Assembly: GCF_009914755.1 (NCBI RefSeq) | Contig: NC_060939.1 | Strand: one strand, 5' to 3' | Source: the human T2T-CHM13v2.0 reference genome, Homo sapiens | Length of the DNA stretch: 64,000 nucleotides | Shown: positions 1 through 10,548 of the stretch, one piece after another | Position numbering within the stretch: position 1 is the first letter of the stretch | Layout: each line of letters opens with the position of its first letter | The notes under the pieces: model-generated | What the model was told of the DNA's origin: nothing | The model's database searches: none | The model's input: only the letters and a program-made list of their open reading frames with translations | Program-made: the position numbers and the translations under genes

Positions 1-867
1 CTGCACCTTCTTCATCTCCCTGCACGTCCCTGGACTCCCGTGACCCTCCCTTCTTGTCTCATCCTCCTTGTTGGCTCCTTCTTGGGCTTTCACATAGGCA
101 CCTGACTTCCTGATCTCGGAGAATCCCTGTCTGGCCAACCCACCAAAGCTCCCCTCCCACCTGGCCCTGCCAGACGTGTCTGTGGGAACCTCCTTCTTCA
201 CCATTCATCTGTTGTTAGCACCTTACAGCCTGGCTTTGGCCCTGAAGGTATTGAAATTGTTGTCCCAGCAGCCTCGGATAACTCATATGAAATAACCTGT
301 TCTCACTGGTCATTCTACCCAAACTCTGTCCAACCAGCTCCTCTTTGTTAATGTCACCCTTGGCTGACTTGATATTCTGATTCTTTTTTTACCTTTGCCT
401 TCTAGTCAAGACGTTCTTGGTTGTAAGTAGAGCAGGAACAAATGTACTAAGTCATAGTTCCAGGTGTGCAAAAAGATAATACTATTTTACTATTTTCTAT
501 TCTGATTTTATCTAGTGAAACTCAGTTAGCTTGGCCAAATTAAGGATGTTTTATTGTCTCACTTCTCCCAACATGGGAAAAGGGTGGTTCTTCTTTACTC
601 AGGAAGCAGAGAGGTACCACCTCTGTGCCAGGCTCATGTGTGGCCCGGCCTTGAAGAAAATAGGGAAGCTTGAGAAACGGGAGTAAAGGTAAGCAGGGCT
701 CAGGATTCCATGGTGCTTCCTTTGTTCAACAGATGGGTTATGGAGGGTGCTGAGCATGGGCCTTTCAGGAGCTCTTGAGACAGGGTAACAGGATGTGCTC
801 ACTGACCTGAAGGAGCCAGGTGCAGGGCGGTGAGAGCCCCAAAGGGAGAGGAGGAGGAAAACACCAT

Positions 868-950
868 CCTGGATCTGCTTAGCATCTGTTCAAGACATAG
901 CTTTAAATGCCAGCCTGGATCTGCTTAGTATCTGTTCAAGCCATAGCTTT
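868..950. repeat. Direct duplication, 37 bp x2, period 46
   Basis: cctggatctgcttag(c/t)atctgttcaag(a/c)catagcttt at 868 and 914, 2 mismatches. Confidence 0.9.
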
Positions 951-2507
951 GTCCCAGGCTCATACCTCCTGTCATGGCCCCTTGCTCCAGCCACTCCAGG
1001 CTAAGACTTGAGCTCCCATAACGTTCTTGAGCTCCAAGAACGTAAGAAGGGGCAGACGGGAGGGACAGGTAGAATGCAATGGGGGCAGAGAATAAATACT
1101 TCCCCGCAGGGCCTCGGAGAAAGCATCCCCAGGAGGTAGCACTGCAGTGGGGTTTGCAAGAAAAGTAAAGATCCCCCTGTGAAAACCAGCCCCCTGGCTG
1201 AGGTTTTGCTTTATTTTTCTGAAAGTCAGGCAGCACTGAGAAAACAGAAAAGCCATCTTGTACAGGGGGTGGCCTACGTAGTTCCTCCAGACAACTGCTT
1301 TTGCAGCTTGTGAGGTTACACGGATCAGGATGCCCCCTCAGGACACAGTTACACCAGAAGCCTCAATCTGTGTCTCTGAACTGAAAGGTCCTACACTGGT
1401 GAAGTTGGTTGGAAAAGTCTACTGTGGACGGTAGAGGGCAGTGACAATCAGGGATGTGAACTGGCCAGCTCTTTTTTGAATTTGTGAGGCGAAACTTTGC
1501 CAGCAGTAGGCAGACTTGTTATGGAAAGATCCTTAAATGCTCTGTGCTGAGGGGAGGGGATGGCGAGGGTGGAGTGTGGGCAATTTGCAAGCTCGGTTGC
1601 TTTCAGTCAAAAGCATCCAAAAGAAACTTCCTGGAGAAACTGAGTGTTTAATGTTGAACATTTGTGTAAAGCCACTACAAAGAAGACCTCTTTATCATCC
1701 TTGCATTTTTTCCTGTTCCATCAAATATGGAATGAGGTCCAGAAAAACACAGACTGATTTAACGTGCTGGTCACACAGCACAACTTTGAAACGTGCCTTG
1801 GCACTGGGGGGCCAAGACTCATTTGGGGCTGTTTGTTAGCTTGAGTCATTTCAGCGTTTTTACATGGGCACGACCTAGCTGCTGTGCTTTCTTCATTTCT
1901 GACATCTTTTTAGGGGAGTGATCTGAAGTTATCTCTTTGTGTCTGTTCAGGCCAAGTCCTATTTCCTGTCACAGCATTGTTCCAACGTTGTCATAACCAC
2001 ACCTGTTGGTCGTGCTCGTGTATGTGTGTGTGTGTGCATGTGTTTTTAAAACCCCAGAATGCCCAGAATCATGACGGAGTCTCTCTCGAGCTGACTCACC
2101 ATCACGTCTCCTTCGTCATGCTTAGCAGTGGCCACCTGGTTGGTCCTAGGCAGGCAGTGGAGCATAGGGGTGGGTACAAATGAAGTCAAAGGAAGGCTGC
2201 TTTCCTGGTCTCTGCAGAGCGTAGAGGCAGTAAGGGGCTGAAACAGCCAGTCACCAAGCCCCAGATCTGGGAGCTATCCTGGATCCCTCCCTCTCATTCA
2301 CCTCAACAGGCAACCTGGCACAGAACCAGAGCCCCACAGGTTCTACCTGCGATTCTCTCTAGCGCATCTCCTCCTCTGCCTCTTTGGCCTTGCCTCAGTT
2401 GAGGCCTTTGCCGTCTCACAAGTGATCATCGGTCTTCCTGACCATCTCCCCTGCCTTCCATCAGGCCCCTGCTGAGCCAGTCCACGTGGCCCAGGAAGTG
2501 AGCTCTA

Positions 2508-2549
2508 ACACACACACACGCGCACACACACGCGCGTGCACACACATGC
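2508..2549. repeat. (CA)n/(CG)n alternating purine-pyrimidine tract
   Basis: acacacacacacgcgcacacacacgcgcgtgcacacacatgc. Confidence 0.9.
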
Positions 2550-3714
2550 TTGACTGGACCGTGCTGCTCCCTGCCCTGATCGAATCAATTCCAAACCCTG
2601 TAACAAGTATTTCGAGTCCTTCACAATAGGCATGCAGATGGTGCTCAGTCAGGGTGGATATTATTAGCCTCCATCCCCAGACGCCTCCCAGTGTGCTTCC
2701 AGTTACTCCCAGGGACATGATTCCAGCTACCTCAGAATGCCCGCTTCATGGCTTCTTGCTCACTTACTCAGGCTGAGTAAAAACCCCTGTCCAGGGAGCA
2801 TCAGGGAAAATTGACAGCATCTGCCCGGACTCCTGCACCTCGCCGGCAGGAAGCCGCACTTGATGCATTCACTTTCTACTCCTCAGCCGTTGTAGCCCAG
2901 CTAATGGAGGGCAGCACTGGCTGTGGTAGGAACCCACTTCCCTCGCATGTGCTGTCAGTCAGTTTTCTCCTGAGCAGCCCTGCTTTCTCCTTCTCTGGAA
3001 TTTGCAAGCACACCGAGGTTTATTTTTATACCATTGCCGTGAAATGTCTGAGAAAACTCCCCAGGGCTCTTCTCAGGATGGGGCAGCCTGCAGGTCAGCA
3101 CTTTCTCTTCCACACATGCTCAGCTATGGAAGCAGAAACCCAAAGGTTGTGGGATGGAGATGCTGATGTTCCGACCACAGAGCCAGAGCAGTTAGGGTCC
3201 TGGGGATTTGCCAGCCATACCTGCGACCTAATTTTTCTGCTTCCCAGTGAAAGGAGCTTTTTCTGGTCTAGGAGCCCAAAGAGGAACAGAACTGAAAGCA
3301 AACCCCCGGCCTAATACCAAGAACCCTTATCACAGCCTTTATCCACATTAGAAACATGGGCCTTCCCCAAACACAGACCTGCACCAAGGTGTGTGAGTGG
3401 AGAGGGCCAGGTTTGTGCCCCACTTCGCCCCTTGGCCAGGCATCCGGGGCACAGCTACACAACTGCGCACAGTGGTCCCTGTCCTGTCTCTGAGATTCTG
3501 GGCCTGGGCCAGAGAATGGTTCATGGATTGCTGCCATCATGGGGAGTTCACTGCTTCAACCCCACAAAAGTCCCAAGGAACAGATTTTTCTCTTTCCTGT
3601 GGCTCAAGATGCCCAAGGTACTAGAATGGGAGACATGGAATAATTGTCCTTGTTATAGCCATGGGTATTTCTCTTGGGCTGGGGCAGCAGCCTAGGCCAG
3701 AGTAAAAAGACCGC

Positions 3715-3990
3715 AAGGCCAACAGCCAGACAGACTTGGGTTTGAGTCATATGTGTTCCATATTCTTGCCATGTCACCCGGATGTACCCTTTACACATCA
3801 ATTACATTCTAGCCATGTCGCCCTGGATGCATCATTTACATTCTAACTGTTACTCTGGACCCATAGTTCACACCCTGGACACTTACATCTACACTTTCCT
3901 CATATGTCTCAGTTGCTTTATCTCTAAAATGAGGATACTGCAGAGATGTGAAAATATTGACAAAGTGCTGGCCATCAGTCCTACATTAAG
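3715..3990 (+). mobile_element. MIR fragment
   Basis: Core tctcagttgctttatctctaaaatgagga plus agacttgggtttgagtc. Confidence 0.6.
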
Positions 3991-4309
3991 TGGAAGGTGA
4001 CGGTGCCCCCAAGGTGTGAATCAAAGCAAAACATAACAAAAGCCATAAAGTAAGAATAAGAGAGTAGAGAAAGTAATGCTTTTTTTTTCTATTGATTATA
4101 CTGATTCATTTTTCAATTTCTGAAATATCAATTTGTTTGGAAAATTATTTCTAGTGCTCCCACTTTGCTGGTCTAACAAGTGTGGGCTGAGACTGCCTGG
4201 TGGGAGATCACATGCTTTTGGTTTTATCCTTTTCCTTTTATCTGGGCTCCCACACCGACATTAGGAGGCAGACTGTACCCTTGGATAGAACCTTGTTCTT
4301 CCTGAGGCG

Positions 4310-4465
4310 TCATCTTAACTCACCACACTGTAATTGCTTGCCCACGCCTGTCTTTCCCTGGAGACTGTCAGTTCCATGAGGGCAGGGATCTTGTGGGTTC
4401 TGAGCAATCAGTCTGTCCCCGGTGCCTGGCAAAAGAGTTCCGTACAGTTCACTGAATGAATGACT
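4310..4465 (+). mobile_element. L2 3' end
   Basis: gactgtcagttccatgagggcaggga...gtgcctggca...tgaatgaatga. Confidence 0.7.
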
Positions 4466-5370
4466 CTTCTGGGCTGAATTCGAAACAGAATGTTCTCAGG
4501 GTCCTCCAACTGGGGTTCCCTTCAAGGAGGCCTTCCCTTATGGTGGGGACACACACACACCAGGGCCATCAGCACAGACGGCATGGCCAGAGGAGGAAAT
4601 GGCGTTCAGATCATACATATTTTATAATGCCGAGTAAAAGAGTTTAGAAACAGAATCCAACTTATTTTGTGTTTCTCCAGGGGCAGAAGTTGTTCCCCAG
4701 ATGAAAGTTATAGGGAGGTACATTTCAGCTCCTTAGGGGTCAGGCTTTTTATAAGTATTTCTGTCTGCAAATGGATCAGGCTGCCCCAAAACGTAGTGAG
4801 CTCTCTAGCAGAGAAAGTCAAGCAGAGACTGACCAGTTGCCTGTCAAAAGAAATGATGTACTGGGGGTTGCTGTTATCAGAGGAGCTGTGGACCAGATCA
4901 CTTGTGTGCATTTGCTTCTTAGGAGCTGAGGAGAGTTGGTAAATAGCAATGCATCTTTTGTGTAATCCAAACAGCCTACACTTGGAATGAGAAAATCTAG
5001 TCTTGCTCAGTCTTCACCACTTACCAGCCTGGTGATTGTGTTTCTACCACACACAGTTGGTGCACCCTCTGCCTTGCCTGTTTGCCTGGGAGGAAGATTG
5101 AAGTTAACCATTGTGGAAAGGGCCAAATGGGATCCCTTGATCTCTGTCCTGGTTAAGTTTGGCCAGTGGAGGGACTGGCTGGAAACAAAGGAACAAGAGT
5201 GGAAGAGTAAAAGGTATTAGGCAGCCTTGCTCACCACGGCTCTCACAGGTCTGATAGCTGCTCACTCCCCCTGTCCCTTTGGCCCTAGGGATGGTCATGG
5301 CTTCCTGTTGTTGCTAGCCTAGGGGCTCTTCACCATCCTAGTATAACAACTATGAAAGCTTTTCCTTTCC

Positions 5371-5586
5371 CAAATGGGGCAGACAGCAAAGCACCTTGAA
5401 ATCAGAAGTATCAGGTCAGTCCTTGGCTCTGTTCTGTGATAGCCACTTGCCAGTTGGCCAACTTTGACAACCACTTAACCTCTTTGAACTTCAGTTTCTT
5501 AACTTTAATATGGGGGTGAAGTAACCACTCTGAAAGCTTAGTGTGAGGATTGGATGAGATAATGTAAACACCTGTCCATTTATGGC
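5371..5586 (+). mobile_element. MIR, copy 1 of a local duplication
   Basis: cacttaacctctttgaacttcagtttctt...gtgaggattggatgagataatgt. Confidence 0.8.
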
Positions 5587-5909
5587 CACACCTGTTAAGT
5601 AGCCCCTTCCCTAAACCTTCTTTAATCATCCCTTTTGAGGGTGCCATCTATTTTCTGCAAACCTCTAGCATCTCTGGGCCTCAGTTTCCTCATGCGGAAA
5701 GGGAATTAAAAAAAAAAACAAACCTATTTCCAAGGTGACTGTGAGCCTAAGGTGAGTTAGGATGAATGCAGGCACCTAGCAGGGGGCCAGGGCAAATGCA
5801 CAGGGGCGGGTGCAGGTGTTACCTCTGCCTTCCTTCCACGGTGGCCACACACCACCTTCTCCTGGATGGGGGCCTCCAGATTCTCACCAAGCCTGTGCTT
5901 TTGCTGATA

Positions 5910-5963
5910 GTTACAATTTTGTTACAGTTTTTGTTACAGTTTGTTTACAGTTTTGTTACAGTG
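5910..5963. repeat. Short tandem repeat, ~5 x GTTACAGTTTT
   Basis: gttacaattttgttacagtttttgttacagtttgtttacagttttgttacagtg. Confidence 0.85.
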
Positions 5964-6289
5964 TTCCAGCCATGCATTCCTGGTGGTTCCTCCCCAGGAA
6001 GCTGGTCTACCTTCCACACCTGCTCCTCCCCACCAGCCACTTCCTCATCCTAGATAACAAAGGCTTCCTCTCCCACCCTCCCCTCTCTTCCTACCCACAG
6101 AATATCTAGCCAGCCCTCCTTGCATCCCAGACCCAGATGAGGGGAGGTGGCCTGTGGGCAGTTCCTCCATGGGGTTCCCCACCACCCAGTCCAGGACACA
6201 GCCATGGGTGAAAAAAGTGGGACCACGAACGTGTCAGAGGAGACCCACTGTGATCCTTCTTGTTTCAAAATAGACAGTGGACGTAAACA

Positions 6290-7090
6290 AAGGAAATCCA
6301 TAACCTTCCTAATTAATGCAGACACTTGAGAGATTGTTTTTCTTGGTGTTAAATTTTGCTCACCCACATAGTTTGTGGCCATAATTGCAGCGTGCATAAT
6401 ATATTGTGCTGCACTTGAACTTTTCCACACCTTTCATCATACCTTCCTGTGTTTCCAGACGATCTTCACAGTGGTTGCTGTCAGTGCTGTGGAATAGTCA
6501 CTCAGGAAATTAATATTCAGGATTTACAAAGTCACTCCTGATTACAGCCAACTTTGCATGGGTAGCTCTTACTTCCTTCCACTGAATAATTTCCTTACTA
6601 CAGCTCAGCAGCAGGATGACCACCTGGGAGCGTGTGAGCAAGTCCACAGTCCCTCATCTGGGTCACCATAGTTTTCCGAAAAGGTCGTGCCATGCACACT
6701 TCCCCAACACCGTGTGACCATGGTAGTTTCAATGCAAAGCCACCATGTGAAACATATTTTTACCAACTTAGCAGTTGAAAAATTATACTTCAAAGGTGTT
6801 TTAATTTACATTTATTTTGATTATTTTAATGGCAAAATGTTTCCCTGACTTGTTTATTGTATCTATTATATATACGTTATTATAGGTACATACAGTACAT
6901 GTATATTTGTCCTTTTATTTATTTATTTATTTTGCTTGAATTGTCTGTTCATATGCTTTAAATTGATTGCTGGGCTGGGAGTAATGTCTGTTAGTAATTT
7001 GAATTGCATAGTACCACTAATAATTTTTTGCCTGTCCTTCTTAATGATATTTACAATTGAAGAGGATCCTGTCATTTGCCCCATTTTTAG
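6290..7090 (-). mobile_element. Old L1M fragments, antisense
   Basis: T-rich, degraded L1 3' sequence (aattgtctgttcatatgc, tgtcatttgccccatttt). Confidence 0.45.
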
Positions 7091-7170
7091 GCTCTGAGCT
7101 ATAGAGTTCACTTTCCCTTGAAAACAATCCAGTAAAGCCGCCATTTCCTCCAGCAAGTCTTTTTCTTCCC

Positions 7171-7386
7171 CAAATGGAGCAGGCAGCAAAGCCCCTTGGA
7201 GTCAGAAGTATCAGGTCAGACCCTGGCTCTGTTCTGTCATAGCCATTTGCCAGTTGGCTGACCTTGGCAACCACTTAACCTCTTTGAACTTCAGTTTCTT
7301 AATTTTAATATGAGGGTAGAATAACCACTGTGAAAGCATAGTGTGAGGATTGGATGAGATAATGTAAACACCCGCCCGTTTATGGC
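7171..7386 (+). mobile_element. MIR, copy 2 of a local duplication
   Basis: ~89% ungapped identity to 5371-5586. Confidence 0.8.
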
Positions 7387-7731
7387 TAAGTGTTAGCTGA
7401 AGCCAACTGCTTCATTCAGCATTAAACCCAACTGCTTTTCTGAATTTGCCTTAAAGTATTTGTTCTGCGGTATCTTTTGACCCTGCATAAAATGAAGTCA
7501 CACGTCAAAATTGGTTTCTTAAATAGTTGAGTTTGGTAGCCTAAACATGAAATGCAATGTCTGGAGTCTTGATTTAGGGCATTAAAAATAAAATGATTAA
7601 AAATGGAAAACAATGTAGAGATCCATCGGATATCACCCACTCTGCCTCTGAGGTATGGGAAAAGTCCTGGCTTAGCCCTATTGTCACCCCTTCTGTTCTT
7701 CATGACCCTCTGTTGTCTTCTTGTTTCACAG

Positions 7732-7804
7732 GCAACTTCAGCAACAGCAGGCAGAATTGGAAGTGCACCAGAGAGATGGATTGTCATCGTATGACTTATC
7801 CCAG
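7732..7804 (+). CDS. ARNT2: ARNT2 coding exon (exon 13), 73 nt, (K)QLQQQQAELEVHQRDGLSSYDLSQ
   Basis: Acceptor ttgtcttcttgtttcacag, donor cag|gtgagt; 1+24 codons matching the ARNT2 sequence just after PAS-B/PAC. Upstream exons lie outside the window. Confidence 0.96.
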
Positions 7805-8570
7805 GTGAGTTTCTGGAAAACCCTTTCCCTGTTGGAATTGTCTCCAGCCCAATGGACTTGGGACTCAATTCAGCCCTGAGCTTGAGCCCCTCAACACAAA
7901 GGATTGCCCCATCCCCCCACTACAATGGAAAGAGCAGACCTACAGGTCCCCTGGGGGTCTGCTGCTGTCACTCCTCCCTATAGAACTGAGCCATGAAGAA
8001 TGTGTGAGTACCAGGTGAAGAACCAGGGGCCATAGTCAACCTAAGGGCTGAGGGACATTTCTGAGGACCATGCGTGAACTGTAGTATGAGTATACTCAGA
8101 GGCCAGCAAGAGCAGCTTCTGATCCCCTTGGGCCCCTTGGCTTCTTGGCCATTTCCCTGCCACTGCCTGTGTCCTGTTCTTCCTCAATGTGCCTCTTCCT
8201 GTCATGCTCTGAGCCTCCCTCTTCACCGGCTCTGTCTCCTTTCCTTCTCCTATCTCCACATGATGTCCACTTTTCCTGATATTTAGAGTAAGTTGATTGT
8301 TGTTCATTTCTCACTCTCTCTAAGAAAGTAATCAGTGTGACTCTGCTGTCCTTCCTCTGACCTTCAGTTCACCGCCCCCTAACCCCCTCACCGGCTTTTC
8401 TTGGCTTTCACATATAGAAAAGCTTCCCACCCGATAAAATGTTCCAGCCCAAAATGCCAGTGATTCCAGAGGGAGGGGGCTCTGATGAAGGAGAGCTGGT
8501 GGCTCCTGGGGACGCATGTTCTGTGCCTTACGCATGAGTTGCTGTTGTGTTTTATTTAATGTGCAAATAG

Positions 8571-8694
8571 GTCCCCGTCCCCAACCTACCAGCCGGTGTT
8601 CATGAGGCCGGGAAGTCCGTGGAAAAGGCGGATGCAATCTTCTCCCAGGAAAGAGATCCTCGGTTTGCTGAAATGTTTGCAGGAATTAGTGCAT
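8571..8694 (+). CDS. ARNT2: ARNT2 exon 14, 124 nt, VPVPNLPAGVHEAGKSVEKADAIFSQERDPRFAEMFAGISA
   Basis: aatag| acceptor, cat|gtaagt donor; in frame with flanking exons (phase 0 in, phase 1 out). Confidence 0.96.
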
Positions 8695-9529
8695 GTAAGT
8701 TTCCAAATGGTACTGAGGTTTTGAGAGTGTGGGTTTACAGTTGCTTTCAGGCCATCTACAGACAGCTACTCTTAGTAAGAGGGGGCCACGGAAGGTGAGT
8801 TTTGAGTAACCATTGCAGGGTATAAAAATACACGAGTTGGAATGGATTCTGTCTACTCCTGGCCTTGCCTCTGTATACCAGTTACCCAGGGTATGGTAAC
8901 TAAACTTTATTTCCTTTATTCCAATATCGCATTGCGGGTGAACATGTTAGGGATTGTAGGAATGAGATGGGTAGAAATTTGAAGATTCTGGGGCACTGGG
9001 AGGGCACTGCAGAGAGCCCTGGGCACCCTCGATGACCGAAGGAGGGAGAACTGTCACATTGGAGCCTGCTGTCTAGCACCCTGCCACCACTCGTGTTCCC
9101 ACTCCTGTTTCTCAAACCACCATACAAAGCACCTTCTCTCTCGTGTAAAATTCTAAACAGCCAGCTGGGTCTTGAGCCCATTTCTTCAGCCGTGTGGCTG
9201 TGGGTGAGCCTGTGGGTGAGACGACTCTGCTCACCATTCTGCGGTGGCAGAAAATCATGCATTATTGCACCTGCTGGCCAGGGGCTGAGTGTTTTCAGTG
9301 TTAGAGGAGCTCAGTCTCTCAAAGAAACCCTAGTGGAACGTCAAGGCACACAGATCCAGGGCTGTTCCCTGGACATCACCTGCTGCGGCACCTGCTGGGT
9401 GAGGGTGGCCAGGGGTAGCTGAGTTCCAGAGTGGGAAGAGCACTGGGCTTGCATTCACGCCTTGAGCCCTCCCTCGCCGGCTCATGACTTTGGACAAGCT
9501 ACAACTCACTTTTCTCATCTGTAACAAAC

Positions 9530-9780
9530 GATAGCAAACTTTTAGTTTCTGTTTGCTCCCTTAATCAGGCACTGTCGTAAGCACTTAGGTTAACTCACTG
9601 AATTGCCACTACAGCCTTCTGAGGAAGATACTTTTATTCTCGCCTTCTTTCTGTTGGGAAACTGAGGCAGGGGATGATTAAGTAACAGTCCAAGGTTGCA
9701 CCTCTTACCTTGGAGATGGGATTCAGACCCAGAGAGCTGAGATAAGAGTCCATCCTCTTCGCTGTTACCCTGTGCTTCCT
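9530..9780 (-). mobile_element. MIR
   Basis: gggaaactgaggcaggggatgattaagtaac...gggattcagacccag. Confidence 0.65.
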
Positions 9781-9793
9781 CACCCAGAACTAG

Positions 9794-10159
<366 letters not shown>

Positions 10160-10448
10160 TCATTAATTCTTTTAATCTTCCCCACTCTCCAAAAAAGCCT
10201 TGCCGTCAAGCAGCCTGTGGCCTAGCCTAGGGGTCAAGAACAACAGCCCAGTGCCTTCATATGCCAGGGAGGCTCCAGGGGAGATGAGGAGGCAGAGGCA
10301 AGGCTGAGAAGATTGCGTGCAGGCGGGCTGCCCTGACTTGTGTCCTCCCGTTCCCACGCCCACCCCTGCACCTCTTCTTGGGGCAGCCTCCTCTGTGGTC
10401 TGCAGAGCAGGGAACCTTCGCATGTGACTCCTGCTCTGGTTTTCCTAG

Positions 10449-10548
10449 CGGAGAAGAAGATGATGAGCTCAGCCTCTGCAGCAGGAACCCAGCAGATCTA
10501 CTCCCAAGGAAGCCCATTTCCCTCTGGACACTCCGGGAAGGCCTTCAG
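10449..10548 (+). CDS. ARNT2: ARNT2 exon 15, 100 nt, (S)EKKMMSSASAAGTQQIYSQGSPFPSGHSGKAF(S)
   Basis: ttttcctag| acceptor, cag|gtatgt donor; peptide visible in ORF 10340..10678. Confidence 0.97.
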
